Assembly (NCBI RefSeq): GCF_006345805.1
Contig: NC_042999.1
Coordinates: 127,720,001 to 127,784,000, forward strand
DNA length: 64,000 nucleotides
Source of the DNA: Octopus sinensis
Taxonomy: Eukaryota
Direction of reading: 5' to 3'
In this document: positions 1 through 12,885 of the stretch, piece after piece
How the letters are laid out: each line of letters starts with the position of its first letter
How positions within the stretch are numbered: the stretch's first letter is position 1
Program-made: the position numbers and the translations under genes
Notes under the pieces: generated by a model
The model's database searches: none
Seen by the model: only the letters and a program-made list of their open reading frames with translations
What the model was told of the DNA's origin: nothing

Positions 1-861
1 CATCCGACCATGGTTGGTGAAAAGAACATGCTGAGGCCTTTGTCCTTCTGTAGACTAAAGCAATGGGAAATAAGTTGCTTTGCTGCCACCATCACTTGGC
101 AACCAGTGTTGGTGTGTTTACATCCCTGTGACTTAACAGTTTGGGAAAAGGGACTGATAGAAGAAGTACTCGGCTTTATAAAAAAATAAGTATTGGGGTC
201 CGTCATTTGACTCAAAATTGCTTAAGGTGATGCCCCAACATGGCCACAGTCTAATGACTGAAACAAGTAAGAGCTGAAATATATATATATTCACACACAT
301 GCTCACATGTGTATATATTGTTGTATGTCAGATCCAGCTGTTACCTGAAAACTAGCATAGTTTTATAACATGTACTATACTTTCATTAATTGTTTTACAT
401 GCCTATGCAGATGTGAGCAGTCATAAACTCTCTGTCCACTTTCTCACTCTTTGACCTAATTGCACATTAAGGATGTGACATCTGGAAGGAGAGAGAGAGC
501 TGCACCAGCTTTTGGCTTGTATCATTTTCAGCTGAGTAGACTAAAGCAATGGGAAATAAAGTGCTTTACTGAAGGACATAATGTTCTGCCCCATTCAGGA
601 ATTGAACTCATCACAGTATAACCATGAAATAAATAACCCTAACCGCTAGGTTGCACAATTCTCTCTCACTCAAGTGTGTGTGCAAGTGCACGCACACACA
701 CACACATTTCTGTTTCAAGTATTGAAAGACAGCGCCTTATCCTCTGAACATTACAAATTTCTTGAGGAAAATATGAATATCTTGCACGTTAGCTTTCAGT
801 ACATACATACATATATACGTGTGTGTGTACAGATTTGTTTATATGTATGCATGTATATGTA

Positions 862-894
<33 letters not shown>

Positions 895-1018
895 TTTGTT
901 TTGCGATTTGGTTTGCAAGATTCTTTATATGAGTTTGTGTGTTGAAGCATATTCTGTTGTGTCTGGGGAGAGTCATTTTCTTTTTGTGTCTTACAATGTA
1001 ACACACTCACCGGTAAAA

Positions 1019-1154
1019 TTTCCACTTATTTCTTATTTTTATTTCCCTAAAATTTTCGTTGCGTCTTGCAACATTTTCAATAGTCTTGACTCTTGAAAAG
1101 GTTGCAAGACGCAACGAAAATTTTAGGGAAATAAAAATAAGAAATAAGTGGAAA
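1019..1154. repeat. Near-perfect hairpin (62-bp arms, 1 mismatch, 12-nt loop)
   Basis: 1019-1080 is the reverse complement of 1093-1154. Confidence 0.95.
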
Positions 1155-1736
1155 ATTTATGAAGGATTTGTGTAGCTGAAAAATTTAAATCTCAAGAACA
1201 CACTCATGCACACATTGCCAATATGTATGAACATTAAATTCTGCTATGAAAAGTAAATTTTTCTACTTCAGACTTCGCTACCCCACCAGACAAACAGCTG
1301 TCGAAAACTAGCATTAAGAATTACCTCCCTTCTTTTAATGGTAGTCTTAGTGTTGTAATAGTTTCTAATTTTTAAGAACGTTTATGATAGTCACTTGCTT
1401 TAATACATGGTCGTTGACATTGCTATTTTTAAAATTTTACATTTTTGTACCAGAATTTAAATACATTAAGCTATTAGCAATGTTTGTTTATACTTCTAAA
1501 AAGTTGGGGTTTTTTTTTTTTTTACTTAAAAATTTGTTTATGATTAGTTTTAACTTTCTTTAAGCAAATAGTGATGGTTGCTATGAAAATACTAACAACG
1601 AATTTAGGTAATAGGTACACTGAGTTATTCAAAAGTCCCTTTAATATTTCAATAATAATTTCTTTTATTTTGTTACAATTATGTTCTATAACGTGTATGT
1701 GGTGGGTGTACTTACAGTTATTCTTTCGTTTGCTTA

Positions 1737-2247
1737 CCGTAAATCCTCGAGTATAGTCCGCCCTTGAGTATAATACGCAGGTTTTTTTTAGGAGGTTGTA
1801 CCTCTGAAAAACCTAAACCTTGTGTATAATGCGCACCCCTTCTCTAACTTGAGTCAAGGAGGTTATTATAACGTCCTTGGTTTGTAAAAATGTATACGGT
1901 AACGTACTTTATTATTATTGTATATATAACATAATGCAAACGTGTAGCTTCTTTGTGCATTTTGTTTGCAGAAAATAAAGAAATAACAGTGATAACATTT
2001 AATAAATGTTGCTTACTTCAAGTTATGGATGATTCTTTTATGACTTCATTGCTTTCAGGCTTAGCTTAAGATATTTTCACGCCCGACATCACAAAATGCG
2101 TCTGAATAAACATTGCCGGACAGCAAATAGAGACTCGGACATTGCTTAGAAAATATTTTTCATTTTTAACCTCGTATATAGTATGCACTAGGGATTTTGA
2201 CCTTTAAATTTTTAGGGGAAATGCGGATTATGCTCGAGGATTTACAG
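1737..2247. mobile_element. Tc1/mariner (pogo/Tigger-like) MITE
   Basis: TIRs CCGTAAATCCTCGAGTATAGTCCGC and GCGGATTATGCTCGAGGATTTACAG, flanked by TA on both sides. Confidence 0.85.
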
Positions 2248-3059
2248 TAAGTCATTGAACTGTGGTCATGCTCGAGTTCTTCCTTGAAAGGTTTAGTTGG
2301 TCGAATTGAACTCCAATACTTAATTTTATCAGCTGCTCTTCTTTTTTTCCTATCTTTCTTTCTTCACACGGAATTATTAGAATGTAAACAAACCAGTGGG
2401 TGGCAGACACATAGGCACAAATGAATACACACAAGTTGTGTAATTTCAGGCATGGCTATGTAACCTGCACAACAAACTTCTTAACCACTCGGCCATACCT
2501 AAGGTTTTGGATTCTCTCATGTGCCACTTCATATAAGTATATACAATGATTTCCGTTATAAATATCACTTTTATGTTTTGTCTAAAGTAATTACATTCCA
2601 AAGTGATCTAACTATAGTTAAATCACTTTGTAGTGTAACTACTTTAAATAGGTATTTTTAATGAGCTAAATTTTAATTACCACCCAGTTATTAAGAACAT
2701 TTGTGTGTGCTGTTTTTATCTATCTTTTACTTGATTCAGTCAGTTGACTGTGACCACGCTGATGCACCGTCTTGAAGGGTTTTGGTTAAACGTTTTGACC
2801 ATAGCACTTTTTCTTTAATGTCTGGCACTTCCTCTGTTGGTCTCTTTTGCCTGACCACTAAGTTATCGAGATGTAAACAAACCAACATTAGTTGTCAAGT
2901 AGTGGCTGAGTACAAAAGACATACACACATATTTGTATATCTGTCTATATATATATATAGAGATAGATAGATATGTGTGTGTATATATTTATATTGGAAG
3001 AGATAGACCCAGGAAGACATGGGACAAAGTGACAAAGCATGATCTTTGAGCTTTGGGCC

Positions 3060-3610
3060 ACTTGAGCAATGATAAGTGACCGAGACCTTTGGCAATATGC
3101 CTTGCCTGAGAAGACCCATCAAGCCAAATGAAATCGCAGTCATAGTCAATGCCAGTGGTGTGTAATTGGCACTTGTGCTATGGCATGTAGAAAACACCCT
3201 TCAAACATTGGGCAATATGCTGTGCTTGAGAAGATCCATCAAGCCAAGTGAAATTGTGGTTTTGGCCAATGCCAGTGTCACATCCCTGGCATGAAAAAAG
3301 CACCCTTTGAACTATGGGTTTCACAGAGGCAGTGACAAGTGACCAAGACCTTTGGCAGTATACTGTGCTTGTCAAGCCAAGTGAGATTATAGTCCTGGCT
3401 GATACCGTTGTTTCGTATCTAGCACTTAAAAAGCACCCACTACACTCCTGGAGTGGTTGGTATTTGGAAGGACATCCAGGTTTCAATCTGATTTGGCATG
3501 GTTTCTATCGCTGGATGCTCTTCCTAATTCATCTTGTCAGTTTTCAGTCAAACCGTCCAACCCAAGCAGCATGGAAAACCGATGTTAAATGATGATGATG
3601 ATGATGATAC
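3060..3610 (+). repeat. Dispersed repeat with three internal units of about 120 bp and a (TGA)n tail
   Basis: aagcca(a/g)tga.at....gcc...gccagtg...aaagcaccc recurs three times. Confidence 0.7.
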
Positions 3611-3722
3611 ACATGCACACACACACACACACACACACACACAACACACACACACACACACACACAGGTGAGTGGTCATAGAAAAGAAAAAGCATTCAAC
3701 ATATTTAGTAGGAGTAACATCA

Positions 3723-3888
3723 AAACAGATTGATTCAGCTCCATGTGACTTCAAGTTTCGCAGGTTTCTTACAGAAAGAGACCTGGCTCATTTAGGCTCA
3801 GATTACTGGTAATCTGAGCCTAAATGAGCTAAGTTCCTGTAAGAAGCCTGCAAAACGTTAAATTACATGGAGCTGAATCAAACTGTTT
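3723..3888. repeat. 166-bp imperfect hairpin with a perfect 21-bp inner stem
   Basis: gctcatttaggctcagattac-TG-gtaatctgagcctaaatgagc (3786-3829). The outer arms pair with scattered mismatches. Confidence 0.9.
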
Positions 3889-5069
3889 CAAGTAATAGTA
3901 TGTGTATATGATGGGATTCCACACAGTTTCTGCATACCAAAGTCACTCATAAAGCATAGGTTAGCCTGGGGCTGTAGCTGGGGACACTTGCCCCAAGGTG
4001 CCACACAGTGGACTGAACCTGAAATCACATTGTTGCACAGCCAGCTACTTAATCACACAGCCATACCTGCACCTAATTTCGGTAAAATTTGCAAGAAACC
4101 AATACTAGTTACTGTCATAGATGCACTTTCTCCTATTTTCATAAAGTAATCAAAAGAGAAGGGACAGGGGCCATATTATTTGCAGACCCTGTCTGAATGG
4201 TGAGATTAATGTCATTCATGTTGAACTTGAAACATCTGTTTCTATGTCTGAAAGAAAAAGTGAATGTGATTGGGAATTCCAGCTAAGTTACTGTTCCTGG
4301 GAGAAGAACACTGGTGATGAGTTGATATGGAGGGTGTGGGAAGTGAGAAGCCATAGAAGTAACTGGAGTGTGTGTGTGTGGTTGTAAAGGGTATGCAACT
4401 AGGTAGTCCCATGTTTTACATTGTTTTAGTTTTCACCAGGGAAACCTTGTAATAGCTTTGTGTTATTAAATTAATACCTTTTCAATAAGGAAATGAGAAG
4501 GTGAGAGAGTTACGTCAGTGGTAGTTACTGATATAAATTTGTTTAAAATTTAAACGGTTTGTTTTCACTTAAATAAATGCAGACTATTCCCAGCAATGTG
4601 TCCTTACAGTATCTGATGGCAATATTTTTATCTGTCATCTCCAATAAGTGCATACTCTCACATTAAACACAATCAGTGCCAGAACCAGAGGAATTCGATA
4701 TTTTCCTGTTTGAACAGCTTTTTTCCCCTGAACTTCAAGCCTACATACACATGGTCATTTTATTAGCTGTCTCTACAGTATTAAGAGATACTCTGCTTTA
4801 GAGATTAGTGGTGGTGGTGATGGTGGGTGTTCTTGTATATGATATCATCTGTGATAATTTTCTATCCAGGCTGACTTTGCAATCCTCCCATGAGAAATAA
4901 CCTAATCAGTTAATGTACAGAATTATCTTGTGTCTTCTTGTCATTATTGTTATTGAAGTTTTAGTGCTTTATTAATTAATTTATATTTTAATCTAGCATT
5001 ATCGGTACTGAGGACGTTCTATTTGGATTATATTGTGTGGTAATTCTTTTCATAATGCATTTTTATGTT

Positions 5070-7345
5070 AATATATTTTGGTTTCAAATTTTGGCACAAG
5101 GCCAGCAATTTTAGGGGGTAGTTAAGTTAGTTATATTAGCCCCAGTGCTCAACTGATACCTATTTTATTGACACCAAGAAGGCCAAGTCGACCTTGGCAG
5201 AATTTGAACTCAGAGCATAGAGCTTCAAGAAATACTACTAAGTATTTTGTCTGACGCTCTAACAATTCTACCAGCTCAACACCTTTAATGGTTGTTTCAG
5301 AGTTTGGTACAAGGTCAGCAATTTTTTAGATTGTGGGGTTAATTGATTACATTGACCCACCACCACCAATACTTGATTGGTACTCTATTTTATCAACCCT
5401 GAAAGAGTGAAAGACAAAGTTGACTATAACAGTATTTGAACTCGGGATGAGTTCATCTCAGTTCTGAAATTGATTTGAGGTTACGATTTCCTCTGGAGGT
5501 TGCTATTTTTATTCAGATATTACTTTCTATCTTTGTTACAAGTCTTCAGTTAGTTGGGGAGTATGAATCGATTGCTGATTATTTTGCAATTTAATACAAT
5601 GTAATTTAGCAATACCAACGAGAGTGCTTTACTGCTAGATTTAGAAACCAGATCCACCTCAAAATACATCCCACCCCTGCACATATACTATCATCTTAGA
5701 AATGTAAGAAAACATTGGCTTATGTCGTGAATATACAAAATACACAATGTACAAATGAAAGACAGTGTTTCAGAGAATTAAAAGCTATGATCAGTCATAG
5801 GTCTGTTGGATTAGAGTTGATTTGGAGCCAAAAACAACAACAATATATTTATAAACTTTGACAATAATTTTCAAAAATAACATAAAAGTGAATTATTTGT
5901 GTATTCAACCATAAACTGCAAGTTCATTGTAGTGTGTACACTTCAATCCTGGCACATTATAAGTTTGCTTTATTGAAGATATTGCTTATGTGTTCTGATG
6001 CCAACAGAATGTCACTAGCCAATAATAGGAACCCACCACAATCATTTTGAAGAGTCCATCATAAATTTCCAAACCAGATAGGGATTTTTTTTTTTTTTTT
6101 TTGTAAAGCTGGCAGAATTGTTAGCACTCCAGGGCAAAAAGCTTAGCAGTATTTCATCTGCCTTTACATTCTGAGTTCAAATTCTGCTGAAGTAGGCTTT
6201 CCCGTTCATCCTTTTGGGGTCGTTAAATTAAGTACCAGTTGAGAACTGGAGTTGATGTAATCAACTTACCCCCTCCCCACAGATTTCAGGCCTTGTGCCT
6301 GTAGTAGAAAGGGTTATTATTAAGGGACACTCACACTTGTAATATATTAAAATCTGCTTCCATATGTATTACATATATGTATTCATGTACATATGTGTGT
6401 GAATCCAGTTTCTTATGCAGTGAAACAATGATAAATAAGTCTGCATGAATACCTATTTTGTCCTCCGCCTCACTTCTCCCTTACATTTTTGCTCCATGAT
6501 GCATAATTGACCTAATAGTTAAACAACCTTCACTCAAGTAGATTGTGTATAAATAAAAGGTTACCTACATTAACTATGAAAATACTATCTATTTATCATC
6601 ATCATCCAGCTATTTTTCATTTTGGTATGGGTTAGCTGGGTCTCACAGTGTCTCACCATTTGTTGTGGGCCTTTGACATCTGGCATATACTGTTGTCATC
6701 ATCATCATCATCATCACCACCATTGTTTGATGAGTTAGACAGCCACAACTCTCCTTGACCCATTATAGCCTCCATAATCAGTCGTGGTCCTGCAGGAGAG
6801 ATGAAATAAGGACATAGCCAAGTGCTAGGTTTGATTTAATTGACTGACCTTGTTCCTAAATTAGAAACAATTATCATCATCATAATTATTATTATTTTTA
6901 TTATTAAGGCGGTGAGCTGGTAGAATCATTAGTATGCTGGGCAAAATGCTCAGTGGTATTCTGTCTGTCTTTATGTTCTGAATTCAAATTCCACTGAGGT
7001 CAACTTTGCCTTTCATCCCTTCGGGGTCAATAAAATAAGTACCAGTTGAGCACTGGGGTCTATGTAATCAACTTACTCCCTCCCCCGAAATTTCAGGCCT
7101 TGTGCATATAGGAGAAAGGATTGTTGTTATTATTGATAGACTGGCAGAATTATTAGAACATCAAACAAAATGCTTTGTATTATTTGGTTCTGGCTTTATG
7201 TTCTGTGTTTGAAATCCTACTGGGGTTACTCAACTTTCATCCTTTCAGGGTCGATAAAACCCCAGTCAAAACTGGGCTTAATGGTATCAACTTATCCCTA
7301 CCTCCTAAATTTAAGGCCTTGCCCCTGTTCTAGAAACAAATATGA
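5070..7345. mobile_element. Cluster of the same SINE family (about 5070-5450 mixed orientation, 6100-6320 +, 6905-7345 +)
   Basis: Same A/B-box, core and tail motifs as the 29-33 kb copies. Confidence 0.85.
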
Positions 7346-7428
7346 TTATTATTGTTATTATTATTAGCATTTTAGCATCATAGAAGGCACAGTCTTTCCA
7401 TCTGCCTGTGCTACATTCCTAGCAATAA

Positions 7429-7634
7429 CCCTTCAGCATTTAAACCGGCCATATTAGACCCAAATATTCTCCCTGTCTTATCTTCAAACTGGCCAGATCT
7501 TGCCCTATAATGTCATTCTAAAAATAAAGTCACATCATCAAAATCTTGAAGGTATGTTATAAAGCATGATGAATTCAAAAACAATGTGAATAAATAGGTA
7601 TTACATTTGACAAAGTAATCTGAATGCTAAAGAG
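7429..7634. mobile_element. Older copy of the same piggyBac-like MITE in opposite orientation
   Basis: ATAA|CCCTTCAG...CTAAAGAG|ATAA. Interior is the reverse complement of 16708-16923. Confidence 0.75.
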
Positions 7635-7929
7635 ATAACAATGCCTCCTGTTTCTCCTCTAAACCTTTCTTTGGTTGTAATTAGGGCTAATATTGTTAAA
7701 AGCAGTTATATTTCTGCTCATATATAAACTAAACTTAATAAATATAAAAAAGTGATACTACTAATGAGTATTATTAAACCTTTACAATCTTTTACTGTAG
7801 CAGATAAATGGACTTTAATTTTCTTCATAGTTGTGATTATACTCTAAAAGCAAATCAGTATATAGTGAATATAAACACGAACATTAGGCAGACTGGATAT
7901 AAACATATTAAGAGAAATAAATAAATGTT

Positions 7930-8290
7930 GCACAGGCATCGTTGTGTGTTAAGATGCTTGCTTCCCAACCACATGGTTCTAGGTTCAGTCCCGCTGTGTG
8001 GCGCCTTGGGCAAGTGTCTTCTACTATAGCTTCAGGCCGACCAAGGCCTTGTGAGTGGATTTGGTTGACAGAAACTGAAAGAAGCATGTTGTGTGTGTGT
8101 GCATGTGTGTATCTATGTAGGTGTGTGTGTTTGTCCCCCACCCCTCAGCTGCTTGACAACTTGTGTTGGTGTGTTTATACCCCTGTAATAGAATAAATAC
8201 CAGGCTTTAAAACGTTCTTGACTATAAATTCTTCAAGGCAGTGCCCCAGCATGGCCACAGTCTAATGACTGAAGCAAATAAAAGATAAAA
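7930..8290 (+). mobile_element. Second SINE family (related copies at 50290-50452 -, 3905-4075 -, 52095-52325 + duplicated heads)
   Basis: tRNA-like head gtgtgttaagatgcttgcttcccaaccacatggttctaggttcagtccc and tail ccatggccacagtctaatgactgaa. Confidence 0.75.
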
Positions 8291-8835
8291 GAAGAGCTTT
8301 TGTTATCTGAACTTGTATTTTATGATTATCACTTGAGTCTTTATTATCCTATCTGTTGCTTGTTCTCATAATTTTCATCTATGTACTTACCAACCTTAAT
8401 GTCCCTGTCTGTGTGAAGAAAATAAAGTTGCAATTTTAAAACTTTATTTGTTTCTGTGAAGGTTAGCTTTATGCGTTCTCATTTAATTCAGTCTATTTTT
8501 ACAATAACAACAAAAACATATTTGTATGTATTTCTAAGTAATTAGTGTTAAAAGTCAGTCTTCATTTGTATGTAAATATTTGATTCAAAGGAGAATTTGC
8601 ACTTTAATCTTTTTCTTTTTTCGTCTTATTACTTTTAGGTAGGTTTTTTAAAAATTTTAATCAAGTGCTTACGAGGATTATTAAAAGCTCCTAATTAACT
8701 TTAAATACAAAAATAAATGCATAGAAAGAGAGATAGCGAAATGAATAGGTAGGTGGCTTAATGTCTGGGAAGGGGAGATGGTGATAGCAATGAGGACTGT
8801 CATCATGTTGGTTGGTAGCTTCACTGGGAAACTGG

Positions 8836-8871
<36 letters not shown>

Positions 8872-11671
8872 CCTCCCTCTCTCTCTCCCTCCCTCTCTCT
8901 CTCTCTCTCTCTCATTTACATTTCATAAACCCAGCCTAATTCCTCTACTTTCTAAAAAAAATTTCTCACACCCCTGTCTCCAGCCCAAAGAGGTGGAGTA
9001 AAGGGCCATTAGCTATATAGTGGTAGGTGGTAAATGGTTGGCTGGCTGGCTGTCGGTCCAGTATGAAAGTGTGTCTCGCAGTTAATATAAAAGCTGGGGA
9101 AGACTATTGGTAATTGCTGTCTGCCCCACAGGTTGAGGGAATCTAGACTGGCTGCCCATATAACAAGTGGTTGCTCTGCACAGCTTATTTTTCTGTGATG
9201 CAATTTACTGAATTCATCGTAACAAGTTATCAGATTTGTGTCTTAAAAACTGAAGAAAAACTAAATATATCTGAGTCAAGTCAACCTTCACTTTGTTGCT
9301 TTGATGAATAATCACCTTCTTTAACCTTTCTCACCATCTTAGTGGGTAAGGCACTTTTATTTAGTTCTTATTTTCTGTCACATTTCTCTCTCTCTCTCAT
9401 TTCTGTTTCATTTTCATTTTTTACCTTATACACACTCTTTTCTTTTGTAAGGGATGAGAGTTTAAACACTCACCCCTTACCATTAAATTCATTAAACTTT
9501 GAGAGATAAAAGCCATAATTTAATATTAGCAGGGGTTTCAAGATTTGATAATGAATTTTATGTCTTTCTTTTTTTTTTTTACTTTTCTTTTAAATTTTGC
9601 TTCAGTATTTTTACATTGGTTTTCACACACACATTCCATGCACAGTTGCAATGTTTTGCAGATATGAACCAGGTGCACCTTCATTTCTTTCCTAATATAC
9701 CATTTCTATATAATTCCAATATCATTATTTACTTTACCAGTGTTTTTAGTCATGAGTGTAAGCTGTTCTGTGATGGCTTTCATGCCTCATGCATTCCATA
9801 TTTTCATGTATGTGGTCACCAAGTCAATATTTAAAAAAAGTATTTTTTCAAAATACATTTTTTTTTTATGTGTTAACAAACCCCTTTATTTTGTTTGTTG
9901 AAAGGTATTTTAGGATGTTACTGAAATAGGGTGAGCCAGTTTCATATATGAGCGCATTATTCCTTAGCAGTCTTTCTTGTCATTTTCCCTCTTTTACTTC
10001 TTTATTTTCTGGGTGGCCTGCTACTACTGACAATTATATAATTTTGTTTCTGGAAAGGAAATGAATGCAAACAAATTCAAGTGCATAACCAGTTGCTATG
10101 GGTGCATATTCCAGCACGAATACATGTGCATGCATCCTCTGTCTTCACCCCAATTCCTCTCTTATTTAAAGATCTGTGTACAGTTGAATTAAGCATCTAC
10201 TTTGCCTTTCAACTCTGCTTCATCAATAAGATAAATACCAGTGATACACTGATATCTTCCCCCAATAAATGTATGGTCGTGATTATAAGTGTTAAGAAAA
10301 TAGACCCAAGTTACTTGACTGTACTTTAGTTTGTTGACCATTGCAGGATTTGAACTTGGAATTTAAAGAGAGGGAATACTTAATATAAATTTTTTCTTTC
10401 TCCTTCCCATATTTTACTATTTCTACATTCTATCACCTTTTTTTTGTTTGTTTTTTAATTTTTTTCAAATAGAGAGCAATGTATATATTTAATGTAAAGT
10501 TAAATGCAAGGGGAATAACTTTTGATAGTAGTCCTGTAAAAATTATTTAGAAATAATGATATATGGTCACATTTGTGAGTATAGAACAAGAGAGAGAATG
10601 GTTGTGTGCACATGCATGTGTGTAAGTGGTTTAAAGAGTATTAAAAATCAGCATGTTTATTGATCCTAATCTGTTGAAAAATTACAGGAAGATTGCCTTT
10701 CTTTCCCCCCCCCCCTTGTTTTGTCTAATTTCAGCTATTCAGCCATTCTTACAAATTACGGACAACTTTATAAAATTTTTCCAACCTCTCATTAGAATAG
10801 TTGTGATGAATACTCTATTCTTATTAATGTGGCAGCAGTGTTGTATCATATCATTTTCATATAAACTGGCATCCAATTTTAAATGGGTCATTTAGAGATA
10901 TTTAAGTTATTATCACATTAGCATTAAAAAGGTGCATGTTAAGCAATTGCCTCTCTCCTAGTCCAGGACACATGTTGTACCCTTCAACAAAGGACTTTAT
11001 TTCATATTGTGTTGGTCCACTCAGCTGATATTGTGGCTGGTCAGTATCTGTTTAGCATAACAGCTTTCATCGAGCAGTGGACTGCTGTATGCTGTCTTTA
11101 CCCATATTGGTTTCACCTTCTTAGCTGTAGTCATGCTGTAGCGTATGTAAATATATGTATTTTCTACATCACTGAGAGAAAGAAAAGTTTTCAAATTTAA
11201 GGGAACTATAATACTATCAAATTTAAGTTTAATGCCAAGCCATTTGAGAGTAACATATTGTCAGTGTAGCTAGGTACATGTATACAGAGAGATTATGGTA
11301 AAGGCTTTTGTGATTATGTCCATGTCCTTTGGTAACTTGCTTCATAAATACAATAAAATTTCTTTGAGTTTGTGAATCAGTTTTCCATTAAAATTCACTC
11401 AATAAAATGATCAAGAATTAAGAATTTAGCACTATGGTTACTAAAAAACTGTAAAAGTAGAATCTGCACTGCCATGTATAAGTTATCACTTAACCATAAG
11501 TAGATTGCTTTTACAGTTGTTTTGCAGATATTTGCAACTTATCCAGTGTGACTTTTAAAAAATAGAAATTTTAAAATAAAATATAATAATAATGAATTTG
11601 AGTGGGAGAAATTGTATAATTGTTTGACATCCAATAAACTAATTTAAAAAATTTTTTTGGCTCTGTTGCAG

Positions 11672-12885
11672 CATCAAGACTTGGCAGGCGTCCAAAGCGT
11701 CTGAAAGAAGCCAACGGGGAATCCAAATCTCATACTACAAACGTTCCTATTGCTCCTTACCCATTACCACTTAGTGGGAACCACAGAAGTATGGCAGATC
11801 TGCAGAAACTCATTCAAACTAATGGCAGCTTCAAGTCTGAACTCATGCAAGCGTTCCTTGCTGCTGCCCAGGCCAGCTTTAAAGAGCACGCCAATAACTC
11901 CAACTCAAGCCATGCAAATAATAAGCCTGACCCTGCAGCAACTAACAGCATTCCCAATGGGGTAGAATCTGGTTACTCCAGTCTGAATAGCCCAGCCAGC
12001 AGCAGCAGCCAGTCACCTGTACATCTACAACCTCAGCCCAACAACAACAACACTACCAGCAACACCACCACCACCACCACAGCTACAACTACCAACAGTA
12101 GTACAACCACTGCTCCAGCTAGTGCGAATACTCCCAGTTGTTCCAATAGCAACAGCAATACTAACAACAATGTAAACAATAGCAGCGTTAGCAATGGCAC
12201 TCACACTATTGCTGTCACTTGTAATAATAGCAACATCATTCATTTGAATGGTGTTAGAACCAAGACTGAACCAGTTGAAAACAGTACCCCCAGTACAGTG
12301 CAACCTAGTGTCTTGCCAACCAATATAATAAATGGTATCACAACCTCAGCATTAGTTCCCAATGGTATCTCAAAAGCCGCTGTAGCCAACGACATCTGTC
12401 ATGTCCTTGCTAATGGTGGTGGTGTTATTAATGGTATAGCGGATACCCTTCCTCCTGGTCCACCTAATAATGTCTGTAATGGACTACAGAATGGACTTAC
12501 TGGTAGTTGCCCAGAAAGGTTGACTACTGTTAGCAGTAACAAGGACATGAGCCCACCTGCCTTCGTTATGCCTGAAACCCCCAACTCTACCTCATCTGCA
12601 GCCCCCACGCCCCAGACCCCAACATCTTATGAGGAATCTCAGCCAATGATAAAGGTAGAATCAAAGTTTTCTCCCTGCAGTATTGCAACTCAAAAACCTA
12701 TGACCAAATTCCTAGATAAAATTATTGATGAGGGGCGACAGCAACCAACTGAAGCCAGGAGGAAGTTGATTGAGCAGGTAACAATAACAATTGTTGAAGC
12801 TCACAGAGTTACTTGTCGAGTTACTCATGAAGCTGTTTTGGAAGCCTATACAAAATGGGAAGAAAACAAAACCAAACTATTGGAG
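11672..12885 (+). CDS. Nuclear receptor subfamily 1 (NR1D/E/F-related), internal exon: DBD C-terminal extension, long low-complexity hinge, LBD helix 1
   Basis: Acceptor ttgcAG at 11670-71 and donor GTGAG at 12886. Reads (A)SRLGRRPKRLKE, a T/A-box-like segment that follows NR zinc fingers, in frame with ORF 11791. Ends LIEQVTITIVEAHRVTC...KTKLLE. Confidence 0.93.

Noticed and set aside
9086-9135. TATAAAAG plus a nearby acceptor-like ccacAG as an internal promoter or exon
   Set aside because: There is no open frame or supporting donor, and such motifs are common in AT-rich DNA.
10880-10890. RORE/RevRE consensus TAAATGGGTCA in the receptor intron (possible autoregulation)
   Set aside because: A rough calculation gives about 0.5 chance matches per 20 kb at this AT content, so a single site is not evidence.
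1-11671. Zinc-finger (DBD) exons of the nuclear receptor
   Set aside because: I looked by eye for C..C...C / CEGCKGFFRR / RNRCQ.CR-type coding and found none. They probably lie upstream of the window, but a small exon could have been missed.
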